From an uncultured virus (IMG/VR IMGVR_UViG_3300017917_004917) (taxonomy: Duplodnaviria > Heunggongvirae > Uroviricota > Caudoviricetes), in the IMG/VR virus record IMGVR_UViG_3300017917_004917: a stretch of 64,000 nt of DNA. The stretch is one strand, 5' to 3'. Below the pieces are notes generated by a model. That model made no database searches and was not told the DNA's origin. It worked only from the letters and a program-made list of their open reading frames with translations. The translations under genes and the position numbers were made by a program. This document shows positions 1 through 9,162 of the stretch, piece after piece. Position 1 is the first letter of the stretch. Each line of letters opens with the position of its first letter.

Positions 1-1540
1 TAAAGGATGCATACCCAGAAGCCAAGTTGTTTGAGCCAGCTACCACAGAAGCTTGAGAGGTTGTTGCTGAGTTGTTATATCCAGCACCAACAAAAGAAAC
101 TGGTCCTGAAGCTAAATTAAATCTACCAGCACCAACAAAAGCTCTACTATTAGACGCCACATTGAGGGCTCCACCTCCAACAAAGGAATCTGGTCCTGAA
201 GCTAAATTTCCACTTCCACCGACAACAGAAGAAAAGTTGGTGGTTGCTGAGTTTTTGTAACCACCTCCAACAAAAGAAAATTGTCCAGAAGCTAAATTCT
301 GACGTCCACCGACAATAAAGGAAATATATCCAGAGGCTAAATTCTGAAATCCACCGATAACAGAAGAACGGTTTCCAGAGGCTAAATTTCTTTCACCACC
401 GACAACAGAAGAATATTGTGTTGTTGCTGAGTTTTCATTTCCAGCACCAACAAAGGAACCTCGTTCTGAAGCTAAATTCCCCCTTCCACCAACAACAGAA
501 GAATATTGTGTTGTTGCTGAATTATATCTTCCACCTCCAACAAAGGAACTTAGTCCAGAGGCTAAGTTAAATTGACCAGCACCAACAAAAGAATTAACCC
601 CAGTTACTTTATTTTTATTTCCAGCTCCAATAAAAGACTGTTGGCCAGATGCTGAATTCTGAAATCCACCGACAATTGTTGCAAAATAAGTTGAGGCTGA
701 ATTACTGCTACCACCTACTATAGTAGAGGCGTCTTTAGCAAAATTTAAATTACCTCCTACTATAATAGAGCTATTTAAAGCATGGTTAAATTGACCCCCT
801 ACTATAACAGAATAACTGCCAGAGGCATTATTATACTTACCGCCTCCAATGAAAGAAACAAAACCAGATGCCGAGTTTTTATATCCACTAACAATAGTTG
901 AGTAATAACTTGTTGTTGCTGAATTTTGTTTTCCACTTCCAACAAAAGAATAATATCCAGATGCTAAATTCTGCCTCCCACCGACAATTGAAGAGTTGAG
1001 TGTTGCTGCTGAATTTTTATATCCACCACCAATAAATGAAAGATATCCAGAATTAGTGTTATTACGACCGCCTCCAATGAAAGAAAAATTACCAACCGCT
1101 GAGTTGTTATATCCACCAACTATAGAAAAATTACCAGATGCTAAGTTACCGCTACCATTATTTGCAATGATTGAGTTAACTCCAGTTGAGGCGCTCCAAA
1201 GGTCTCCACTTGTTCCTCCGCTAGTAGTAGAAAATATATCATAAAGATTTGTTGAACCTGAGTAAATTGTATCTCCAGAAATTGTAGATGAATTTATAGA
1301 ATTAAGTGTAACATCATCACTTAGTGATACTTCATAAATTGGAGGTGTGCTAATTCCAGAAAGTGCAACTTGTATATTATCATCACCACCGACAACAACA
1401 GTACTACCTGTATTAGCTGATAATGATAGATTGACTAATGTGTCCTCTAAATTTTTAAAATTATTATTCCAAATATCCCTTCCCTCATTAGGGTTGTGAT
1501 AAGGATAAACAAATTCTATTGTACTACCTGTTTGTGGCAT
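1..1540 (-). CDS. Repeat-rich tail fibre/adhesin-like protein, 3' end runs off the window (not in the ORF track)
   Basis: Manual translation from ATG at 1540: MPQTGSTIEFVYPYHNPNEGRDIWNNNF..., then SGDLWSASTG.SIIANNG and about 15-aa repeats S(F/S/T)(I/V)xGGxxN(L/S)A(S/T). Paralog of 41105..43069. Confidence 0.75.
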   Translation of the reverse strand, partial: MPQTGSTIEFVYPYHNPNEGRDIWNNNFKNLEDTLVNLSLSANTGSTVVVGGDDNIQVALSGISTPPIYEVSLSDDVTLNSINSSTISGDTIYSGSTNLYDIFSTTSGGTSGDLWSASTGVNSIIANNGSGNLASGNFSIVGGYNNSAVGNFSFIGGGRNNTNSGYLSFIGGGYKNSAATLNSSIVGGRQNLASGYYSFVGSGKQNSATTSYYSTIVSGYKNSASGFVSFIGGGKYNNASGSYSVIVGGQFNHALNSSIIVGGNLNFAKDASTIVGGSSNSASTYFATIVGGFQNSASGQQSFIGAGNKNKVTGVNSFVGAGQFNLASGLSSFVGGGRYNSATTQYSSVVGGRGNLASERGSFVGAGNENSATTQYSSVVGGERNLASGNRSSVIGGFQNLASGYISFIVGGRQNLASGQFSFVGGGYKNSATTNFSSVVGGSGNLASGPDSFVGGGALNVASNSRAFVGAGRFNLASGPVSFVGAGYNNSATTSQASVVAGSNNLASGYASF

Positions 1541-1612
1541 TTTTGTTGATATTTACAATTTCTATTAATAAATATCTAAAGAAAAGTTTAAGGTAGTATT
1601 TTTTAAAAAAAA

Positions 1613-2362
1613 TTAAATATTATTTATATTAAAATCTAAATTTAGAAATTTTATAATTTCTAAATTGTTTAAATCTTTAAAGTTCGTAGCAAATAATGCA
1701 TATTCGCTATACATCATTAAATATTTGGATACAGGTGGCTTATTTCCCTTTCCATATTTCTGAATCACAGTCCTACTTTTAACATCAACTTCTATTGTGA
1801 CATGCGGCATATTGTTCTTATCTCTAATCGAGAGAATAATTGATTGCTTATTTTTAATCTTAGATTTATAGTTTGAGCCACCTACACAATGACCCATTAT
1901 AGAACCTTCAAATTTTAAATCATCTGGAGTTAATAAATATAAAAAATGTTCGTTATCGCTAAATCTAAACACAACCCTATCATTGTCAACATTAGGAATA
2001 TTTAATTTTTCAATATGATGTTTTCTCATCATTTCATCATGCCACTGCTGTTGCGCAATAAATGCAGATTCAAAATCATAGTTAAATATATCAATATTGT
2101 TATCTACGGCCCAATCTACTATTAGTCTAATTTCCAATAACTTATTTAATATATCATTATTTTTTTTTACCTCTTTTGAAATCCACACATCATATTTGTG
2201 TTTTCTTTTTTCAACTTTTGATTGGTCTTGATTTAAATTTGTACCTATAAACCCAATAGAGTCTCCTATCTTGGAAATTTTCTTAACCAATTCATATGCG
2301 TCATCATCTGATAAATCATTAAAAAAAGTTTTTTTTATATATTCCTCTCTATTAGTCAGCAT
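1613..2362 (-). CDS. PcfJ-like domain protein
   Basis: C-terminal LKFEGSIMGHCVGG..Y...ILSIRD..NMPHVTIEV...Q.YG..N motif set. Confidence 0.75.
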   Translation of the reverse strand: MLTNREEYIKKTFFNDLSDDDAYELVKKISKIGDSIGFIGTNLNQDQSKVEKRKHKYDVWISKEVKKNNDILNKLLEIRLIVDWAVDNNIDIFNYDFESAFIAQQQWHDEMMRKHHIEKLNIPNVDNDRVVFRFSDNEHFLYLLTPDDLKFEGSIMGHCVGGSNYKSKIKNKQSIILSIRDKNNMPHVTIEVDVKSRTVIQKYGKGNKPPVSKYLMMYSEYALFATNFKDLNNLEIIKFLNLDFNINNI

Positions 2363-2630
2363 TATTAATTTCTCCTATTATAATTCTCAAATTAATATTA
2401 TCATTATCAATTTCATCTACCTCAAATCTTCCACTATATTCCTTAGGGTCCTTCATCTTAAGGCCATTTATTTTATGAGTTTTTTTAAATTTAAACATCT
2501 GTGCCTCATCATCAATATCAAAATCAATAATAGTATAGCACTTCATTACAACTCTAAGTTTATGCTGCAGTGTAGACAATTTTCGTCTTCTGAAAATTTT
2601 TTTACTTATATTAAAATCTTTGATGACCAT
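2352..2630 (-). CDS. Hypothetical protein
   Basis: ORF overlaps its neighbour in an operon-like arrangement. Confidence 0.55.
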   Translation of the reverse strand: MVIKDFNISKKIFRRRKLSTLQHKLRVVMKCYTIIDFDIDDEAQMFKFKKTHKINGLKMKDPKEYSGRFEVDEIDNDNINLRIIIGEINNAD

Positions 2631-2682
2631 AGCTTACTTCTATTTATTTCAGTAAATCCAGAATATCACATTTCCGCAACTC

Positions 2683-3342
2683 TTATTTTTTCTTTTTTTT
2701 CTTCTTAAGACCAAGAGCGTTTATTTTTTTTTGCACAGAGCTCTCATTTCTGTTTAGGTGTGTTGAGCAATACTTTCTCCCCTTAGTTGGATAATTCTTC
2801 TTAAGAAAAACTAAGTCTTCCTCTGTCCACTCACCTTTAATAAATCCTCCCTCAACATATTGCTCAACTTCTCCCTCAATTATTTCAAGAATTGTTGGTT
2901 CACCCTCTTTACTCTTAACCTCAAGTCTATTTTGATTTTCCTCAACAGTAAGTGCAGCCATCAAATTTTTCTGAAAATATTTCATATCCTCATCAAGCAA
3001 AAATGCCTCATTATCTTCTGTTGTATTGAACTTGTCCAATATCTCATCATTATTAGAGTCCATAGTTTCATCAATTGTTTTATAACAGTCAGATTGAGCT
3101 GCATACTTATCTAATTTCTCTTGAGCATCTCCAAGCCACCCAAAAGAATCTGACTCAAATAATTGAGCTGGTTTAATTTCTATAAATCCTCTCTTAGCAA
3201 AAACCCTCATTGTCTTCGTTTCATATACGTCTACAACTACAGATTCTCCAGGTGGAATATGTACTTGCTCTTCGACTCCACCTCTCTTTACAAAAAGAGA
3301 TATTAATTCATTATGAATATTTTTAATTGATTGGTTTTTCAT
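2683..3342 (-). CDS. Protein with C-terminal Myb/SANT-like helix-turn-helix
   Basis: WTEEDLVFLKKNY...CSTHLNRNESSVQKKINALGL. Confidence 0.6.
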   Translation of the reverse strand: MKNQSIKNIHNELISLFVKRGGVEEQVHIPPGESVVVDVYETKTMRVFAKRGFIEIKPAQLFESDSFGWLGDAQEKLDKYAAQSDCYKTIDETMDSNNDEILDKFNTTEDNEAFLLDEDMKYFQKNLMAALTVEENQNRLEVKSKEGEPTILEIIEGEVEQYVEGGFIKGEWTEEDLVFLKKNYPTKGRKYCSTHLNRNESSVQKKINALGLKKKKKKK

Positions 3343-3400
3343 GTATATAATTTGTTTTTATAAATGTAAGTAATAGGGTAAAAAAAATCAAATAAAAGCA

Positions 3401-3432
3401 AAAAAAATCCACCTTTTGAGTGGATTCTTTTT
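3401..3432. terminator. Intrinsic terminator hairpin
   Basis: aatccac/gtggatt stem flanked by A and T runs, downstream of 3449..5146. Confidence 0.65.
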
Positions 3433-3448
3433 GCTTTATTATTTATTA

Positions 3449-5146
3449 TTATAGTTTAAAGTTTGGATTTCTAACTAATCTCCCAAGTTCTTGACTAAAG
3501 TAATATGCTGTATTAGGAATAGTAACCTCTGCCTTATGCTCAAAATTCTCATTTAAATTAATTTCTTCAACTGCAGTAACTTTTAATCCATTTTTATAAT
3601 TAGGATTATTAACAAGATTACCTGAGTTCATATCAAGAATAAATGCTTTATTTTCATTTAAGTAATCATCCTCAAAAACTTTAAATTCAGCTCCAGATAA
3701 AGAACCTGGCTTAGCAACAACTATAACGCTTTTACCATCTACAGTATCTCCATGGTCAACATTAGAATTTCTTTTCATAAAATCTATCTTATTTTCCTCT
3801 TCCCCTTGCTCTCTAGATACTACTTTTTCAGATTTACCATCTTCTATTGGACAACCGCAAGATTCAGCAATTCTAATTGTAGAATTTTTTTCGAAATTAG
3901 AAAGCTTAGACCACTTATTAACTTCCTCTTTTACAGTTGACTTGTGAGTTATAATATACCTCTTATTAACTCCTTTTTCTTCATTTTCAGATAGAGTAAC
4001 AAACTTTTTCTTAGAAGTATCTAAGCCTTCATTCATAGCTGCCCTACCCTTAGGAGAACCTTTAGAAAGCTTATCCTCCTTAGAACTATTAACATCAACT
4101 CCGTGAAGTCCAAGTGGATAATTTTTGTCCATACCCTTAGGTGCATATCCATCAGAATCAAGCTCAACAGTTGTCCATCCGTGAGTATTTTCTCTTTTAA
4201 GAGCTCTTTTCTTATCTCTTTTTGCATAAGGAGTAGATTCGAATTTCTCTTGAAGGTTTTCATGAACATTTCCTTTCATTTCTTCATCAAAGTCCCCACC
4301 TTTCTTAAATGCTCCAGGAGTTAAATATCCAGCTCCACCAGCACCTGCTGTAATTTCTTCAACTGTTTCATCTTCATTTTCTTTATCATCAAACAAAAGA
4401 TTTCCAGGAGAGTTAGCGTCTTTTACCTCTGGGTGATTCTTATCAACTTTTTTTGTTGATTCCATTATTTTATCAAGAGTTTCATCAAAGTTACCTTTGA
4501 TAATGTCCGTTAAACTTAGTTTTCTCATATTACTTTCAACCATTGAATTTATACTTTTTTCAGTTCTATCTTCTATTCCAAGCTTAGTGCTAACAAAATA
4601 AGCAGCTTCCTTATCTGCAAATTTATCAAGAACTTTCTTAATATTTTTTTTGAATTCAGATAGATTATCTATCTTAAATGTTTGCTTGTTATTTATCATG
4701 TATGGACCTTTTTTTTCATCCTGATAACCTCTAAACGCTGCTTGCTCAGTTGTTTGATATGTAAAGTCCATTGTCTCAGATTCTAAGTCGATGTCAACAT
4801 GAATTTCAGAAACCATCCTCTTCCCACCGTAACTTAAATTCTTTTCGAAGAATCCATTAGTAGCTTTAGGCCCCTTAACTCTCCCTACTGTGACAGAATC
4901 TTGACCCTTAGCAACTCCAGTTCCATAAGTAGAACCGTCTCCATACACACCTCTATTCCATCCTTGTTGACCTGCTACATCCTTTTGTTCACGAGTCTTA
5001 ATTCCAGCTGATTTAAATGCTGATTCAGTAGACTTTATAAGCTGCTCCTCAATTGAATCGTAAATTTCAGATTTAAGTTTCTGATTTTTTGCAAATTGAG
5101 AACTTTGTTTATCATTCTTTTCTGGGTTATTTTCTATATTGGCCAT
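3449..5146 (-). CDS. Large charged protein, possible internal head/scaffold-type protein
   Basis: 565 aa, many xxNE/xxEE sites, EEITAGAGGAGYLTPGAF motif, TATTTAT motif upstream. Confidence 0.5.
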   Translation of the reverse strand: MANIENNPEKNDKQSSQFAKNQKLKSEIYDSIEEQLIKSTESAFKSAGIKTREQKDVAGQQGWNRGVYGDGSTYGTGVAKGQDSVTVGRVKGPKATNGFFEKNLSYGGKRMVSEIHVDIDLESETMDFTYQTTEQAAFRGYQDEKKGPYMINNKQTFKIDNLSEFKKNIKKVLDKFADKEAAYFVSTKLGIEDRTEKSINSMVESNMRKLSLTDIIKGNFDETLDKIMESTKKVDKNHPEVKDANSPGNLLFDDKENEDETVEEITAGAGGAGYLTPGAFKKGGDFDEEMKGNVHENLQEKFESTPYAKRDKKRALKRENTHGWTTVELDSDGYAPKGMDKNYPLGLHGVDVNSSKEDKLSKGSPKGRAAMNEGLDTSKKKFVTLSENEEKGVNKRYIITHKSTVKEEVNKWSKLSNFEKNSTIRIAESCGCPIEDGKSEKVVSREQGEEENKIDFMKRNSNVDHGDTVDGKSVIVVAKPGSLSGAEFKVFEDDYLNENKAFILDMNSGNLVNNPNYKNGLKVTAVEEINLNENFEHKAEVTIPNTAYYFSQELGRLVRNPNFKL

Positions 5147-5196
5147 TTAATAGATATTTTTATATAAATAGGTCAAAAAAAATGTTTCACAATAGA

Positions 5197-5224
5197 AAAG
5201 CCTACTAAAAAAATAGTAGGCTTT
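5197..5224. terminator. Intrinsic terminator hairpin
   Basis: aaagcctact/agtaggcttt inverted repeat. Confidence 0.65.
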
Positions 5225-5231
5225 AATTTTA

Positions 5232-5531
5232 TTAAAAAAGACCTTTTTTCATCCAAGAGTCCCATGTCTCCTTATCAACTCTATGTCTGAATCCAGGATT
5301 ATCAAGATACATCATTCCATCATACATGTATCCAACAAATCTCCTCTTAACAATCTTTTTTTTTCTAGGAATTATTTTACCAGTAATATCAACATTATCA
5401 AGACTAAGATTATTATCATCAATATAATATGTATGAATCCTATAGATTTTTTCTGCAAATAGCCAAAATTTATAGTTCCAAATGCAATTTAATATATAAA
5501 ACCTAAGCTTTGAGTGTTTCCAGAAAATCAT
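5232..5531 (-). CDS. Hypothetical protein
   Basis: ORF overlaps the upstream stop (ATGA). Confidence 0.55.
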   Translation of the reverse strand: MIFWKHSKLRFYILNCIWNYKFWLFAEKIYRIHTYYIDDNNLSLDNVDITGKIIPRKKKIVKRRFVGYMYDGMMYLDNPGFRHRVDKETWDSWMKKGLF

Positions 5532-5758
5532 CCAATAGTTATTTTGACAAAAATAAAATAAATCAAAAATATAAATAAAGAAACCATACCAGTTAGCATA
5601 AAAAAAGATAATAAATTAAATTTTATCCTTCTCCAAATAGAAAGTTCGTCATAACCTTCTTGACTTCTCGTTGTCTTAAAATCTTTAAATACACTCCAAG
5701 AGGCAAAACCATCAGCTATAGATAATAGGCATAATATAATTTTAAGTAAAATTACCAT
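5528..5758 (-). CDS. Small two-TM membrane protein (holin-like topology possible)
   Basis: Two hydrophobic segments in 76 aa. Confidence 0.5.
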   Translation of the reverse strand: MVILLKIILCLLSIADGFASWSVFKDFKTTRSQEGYDELSIWRRIKFNLLSFFMLTGMVSLFIFLIYFIFVKITIG

Positions 5759-5768
5759 TTTTTATTTT

Positions 5769-6029
5769 TTATTTATTTTCTGAATCAGTTTCATTTTTTA
5801 ATACACCTTCTTGAATTGAATCTTTAGTTAATTGAATTATAAATGATTCACATTCCTGCATCTTACTATGTATAGAAGATAAAATACCAAGTTCATCCTT
5901 TATTTTTTTAAAAAGGTCAGTCTCTAAGTTTGAATTTCTTAATAATACATTTATATTATGCATACTATCAGATTGCTCATTTTTAAGAGACAACATAACT
6001 TGAGTTAATATTTCTAATTTACTCGACAT
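5769..6029 (-). CDS. Hypothetical coiled-coil protein
   Basis: ORF in operon context. Confidence 0.55.
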   Translation of the reverse strand: MSSKLEILTQVMLSLKNEQSDSMHNINVLLRNSNLETDLFKKIKDELGILSSIHSKMQECESFIIQLTKDSIQEGVLKNETDSENK

Positions 6030-6498
6030 TGGATACTGAATTATCTATTTTTGTTCTTGATAATTCTTTATCCAACTCTTCCTTAAAAGGGAAAACTTCT
6101 ACAATTGGAGATTTTTTAATTTCTGGAAGTTCAAAACTAACCAATAATGTTGATAGGCTTTCTTGAATTCTATCATAGGCTTCCTTACCAGTTTCAGCTG
6201 TAACCAAAAACTCTTGAGTTACTTTTTTAGATTTCTCATCTTCTTCATCAACAAAAGTCATTTTAACTTTAAACCAAGTATCTGAGTCATCGTAGTTAAA
6301 GATGTCGTGAATTTCCGTTCTTGTAATAGATACAATTTCAAACTCACCTCTAATTACAGAGCCTAATTCTTCATAAATCCTAGCCTCTGCATCTGTAAAT
6401 GTCATTGCCGCCAAAAGATAAGGCTCAGACACTCTCTTGAAGGTTCCATTATCTAACTGCTTAGTATATTTAACCTTTACTGTAAACCAATTGTTCAT
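6019..6498 (-). CDS. DUF4494 family protein (Bacteroidota-type)
   Basis: WFTVKVKY.KQ..NG..KRVSEPYL..A.TFTDAEARI.EE and WFKVK..F.DE...K signatures. Confidence 0.85.
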   Translation of the reverse strand: MNNWFTVKVKYTKQLDNGTFKRVSEPYLLAAMTFTDAEARIYEELGSVIRGEFEIVSITRTEIHDIFNYDDSDTWFKVKMTFVDEEDEKSKKVTQEFLVTAETGKEAYDRIQESLSTLLVSFELPEIKKSPIVEVFPFKEELDKELSRTKIDNSVSNVE

Positions 6499-6520
6499 AA
6501 AATATTGTTTTAATTTTTTA

Positions 6521-6528
6521 CAAAGATA
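6521..6528 (-). promoter_or_regulatory. Bacteroidota sigma-A -7 element (TATCTTTG)
   Basis: Matches TAnnTTTG about 23 nt upstream of the DUF4494 gene. Confidence 0.6.
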
Positions 6529-6555
6529 AAACTTTTTAAATAAAAAAACAAGAAT

Positions 6556-7197
6556 TTATCTATGAATTCTATGATTATTAGTACTCATCATCTTAGTATC
6601 AAAAATACCCATGCCCTTATTTGTCCCCGCACCACCAGCTTTTCTTAAATTTTTCTTTGTATTTAAATTACTTTGGTTTAATGTATCAAGCTGTTGATTT
6701 ACCCAATCTTTACCAGAATCGCCTCCACGTAATTCCCATGATTGAATTAAACCTGAGTTTTTAACTGTCTTGCCTGCAGATTTTTCAGCTCTATACGCAT
6801 CTTCTTGAGTATCAAAAAAAGACTTAATCTTTCTCATCTGGTCAAAACTTTGAGTTTGCTTAGAGGCAAGTTCTTTAGCTTTGGATAGACCTGAACCTAT
6901 ATCTGTACCAGACTGAGTTAAGTTATTTGAAGATACAACATTTAGCGCTTCCTGAGCTCTCTGAGCAACATTTGGAGGGGGTATAAAGGTTTTGTTGTTA
7001 TCAAAAGTTACAGCTTCTGACAAAACTTCTCTAACCATTTTTCTAATTTCATTAATTTTCATAGAATGTTCCCAAACATCTTGATTAAACTCTGGCTCCT
7101 GTGGTTTTTGCACTCCATTTTGTAAAACATAAAGCTGTTCCATTGGATAACCCATAGCTAGGTATGTGTCCAATTCATCTTCATATACGTAAGTCAT
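6556..7197 (-). CDS. Phage head-associated-type domain protein with internal leader motif
   Basis: FIPP.NVA..A..AL...G..KAKELA....S..QM.KIKSFF...W.L.GG..G..WV pattern, preceded by MKINEIRKMVREVLSEA; alternative start at 7062. Confidence 0.5.
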   Translation of the reverse strand: MTYVYEDELDTYLAMGYPMEQLYVLQNGVQKPQEPEFNQDVWEHSMKINEIRKMVREVLSEAVTFDNNKTFIPPPNVAQRAQEALNVVSSNNLTQSGTDIGSGLSKAKELASKQTQSFDQMRKIKSFFDTQEDAYRAEKSAGKTVKNSGLIQSWELRGGDSGKDWVNQQLDTLNQSNLNTKKNLRKAGGAGTNKGMGIFDTKMMSTNNHRIHR

Positions 7198-7682
7198 TAT
7201 GATATTAATTTAAGAATTGCTGATTTAATATCTTGTGGTAATTTAGATGGGAATCCTAATTGAGAAAGATTCCAATTTACTTCATCGTAAAAAGAAATAT
7301 TATTAATTGGAGCACCGCTATTAAGAGTTCTTTTAATAGACAATTCAAGAGCTTCTACATCTTTTAATGCTACATAATTACCTTGAGCCCCCTTGTATTG
7401 ATTTTGATTTCCGTAAAAGTTGTCAGCTATTGATGATACACTATTTTGTTGACTTAAACCATTAAACCCTGCCGCTTGACCTGATGCACCCATAAAATTA
7501 ACTTCTTGTGATTCTTTGATTGCAGCGGTTTCTTTACCTGAAGCAAGAGCCGATAATCTTCTAAACTCTTCTTGTAATTTTTCCGCATTAGTATTATCCC
7601 TATTCTCTTTAAACACTTCATTTTTTTGTTCAAAAGATTTAGTTAGCCTAATCATTCTGTCTTTTTCCTTATTTTCTTTCAT
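7197..7682 (-). CDS. Hypothetical protein, possible virion internal protein
   Basis: LQEEFRRLSALASG and IKES motifs. Confidence 0.5.
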   Translation of the reverse strand: MKENKEKDRMIRLTKSFEQKNEVFKENRDNTNAEKLQEEFRRLSALASGKETAAIKESQEVNFMGASGQAAGFNGLSQQNSVSSIADNFYGNQNQYKGAQGNYVALKDVEALELSIKRTLNSGAPINNISFYDEVNWNLSQLGFPSKLPQDIKSAILKLIS

Positions 7683-7693
7683 TTTAATTGTTT

Positions 7694-8257
7694 TTAAATA
7701 TTATTAATGATAAAATCTAGTGTTTCATCTTTACCTTGAAGTGTGGTCCAAAAGTTAGATGATATAAAATCATCATATAATAAATTCATATTATCATATG
7801 CTTCTTTCTCCCATGGTAGATTTTTGTATTCGCTAAAATTCTTCATAACTTTACTATATTCTCTAGCGCTTAATATAAAATCATCTTTCCAAATTATTGA
7901 CTTATAATCTTCTGAAGGTCTTAATTCACCTTTGTATACTTGAGATATATGAGTTAACTCATGTATAAGAGATTGAATCATTCTCTTATAGCTGCCATTT
8001 GGATTAAAGTGTAGTGTAAACTTATTATTAACAACAGAATTGTGATTTAATGAAATATCGCCAATCAAACTATCGTTTTGCTTTTTTTTAACTATTATTT
8101 TTACATCAAAATTCAACTTATTTTTCATAAATTCTATAACAGCATCAATAATAAATTTTTCATATTTTTTAACAGAATTATCAACTGTGAAAATGCCCTC
8201 ACTAATACCAGATAATTCTCTTAGTCTTTTTTTATATGATTCACTTAATAATAGCAT
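7694..8257 (-). CDS. Zinc metallopeptidase (HExxH)
   Basis: LIHELTHISQ ... LPWEKEAY; N-terminus LLSESYKKRLRELSGISE. Confidence 0.75.
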   Translation of the reverse strand: MLLLSESYKKRLRELSGISEGIFTVDNSVKKYEKFIIDAVIEFMKNKLNFDVKIIVKKKQNDSLIGDISLNHNSVVNNKFTLHFNPNGSYKRMIQSLIHELTHISQVYKGELRPSEDYKSIIWKDDFILSAREYSKVMKNFSEYKNLPWEKEAYDNMNLLYDDFISSNFWTTLQGKDETLDFIINNI

Positions 8258-8272
8258 GATACAATAATTTAA

Positions 8273-8728
8273 TTACCATGTAATTCCACCATAACCCCAT
8301 GTGCTATTGTAGAATCTTGTATTTTTTGGTAAAAGTGATTTAAATATTTTTTCTAAGTCAAATTTAGGACTCGTTACCATTGTGTTAGATGAATTATTTG
8401 GCATGTCATCGTCTGACATAATATCGCCATTATCATCAACTATCTCGTTTATATTTTCTTCAACCTCTGAATCTTTAAAAAAATCAATAATAAAGTACTT
8501 AAACACATCCTTAAATTTTCCCTTATTTAATTCAAGCCATTTTTTAAAGTCATTTGTTTTTATTATAAAACTAAGTTTTTTACCATAAGAAGTTTCAAAG
8601 TCAATTCTAATATCTTCAGAGTCAAAATTAACATCAAGCACTTTTCCTATTTCTTCAGGCGAAATACTAATAACCTCTTCACCCTCATTAATAAGAACAC
8701 TTAAGCATAAGTCCTTTAATTTTTTCAT
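8273..8728 (-). CDS. Hypothetical protein
   Basis: ORF with TATTTAT motif upstream and LINE/INE sites. Confidence 0.55.
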   Translation of the reverse strand: MKKLKDLCLSVLINEGEEVISISPEEIGKVLDVNFDSEDIRIDFETSYGKKLSFIIKTNDFKKWLELNKGKFKDVFKYFIIDFFKDSEVEENINEIVDDNGDIMSDDDMPNNSSNTMVTSPKFDLEKIFKSLLPKNTRFYNSTWGYGGITW

Positions 8729-8757
8729 TTACCACTTTTATCATAAATAGGATAAAA

Positions 8758-9162
8758 TTATAACTTATTTAAATATTCATCAATTAAATTTGATTTTATA
8801 CTAAAGGTATCAACTGATGAAGATTTACTATATTGTGGCTGACAACTAAAAAACTTATTTAAAATCACAGGATTTGTATATAGACCCTTATCTTCTCTGT
8901 ATTTTATTTGAACGTAGGTCTCTCCATTAAGTACAAGAGGAAATAGAACTACAGAGTCACTATACTCAACAATACCCTTTAGATTTTCAATATAGGGTTC
9001 TTCATCATTTCTAAAATCTTGTAAATATGTTTTCTTTACCATGTTACCATCAACAAAAAAAGAGCACTTTACATGTTCTCTATCATCAGTAAATTCAACA
9101 TAATCTATCAAATTATCAAATTTATCATAGTGACATAATATTTTATGACAATTATTCCGCAT
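8758..9162 (-). CDS. Hypothetical protein
   Basis: ORF overlaps the end of 9152..11122. Confidence 0.55.
   Translation of the reverse strand: MRNNCHKILCHYDKFDNLIDYVEFTDDREHVKCSFFVDGNMVKKTYLQDFRNDEEPYIENLKGIVEYSDSVVLFPLVLNGETYVQIKYREDKGLYTNPVILNKFFSCQPQYSKSSSVDTFSIKSNLIDEYLNKL

Noticed and set aside
72..1244. Plus-strand Pro-rich ORFs 72..260 and 996..1244
   Set aside because: They are antisense shadows of the Gly-rich repeat gene on the minus strand. The same applies to most short ORFs that overlap long genes in the track.
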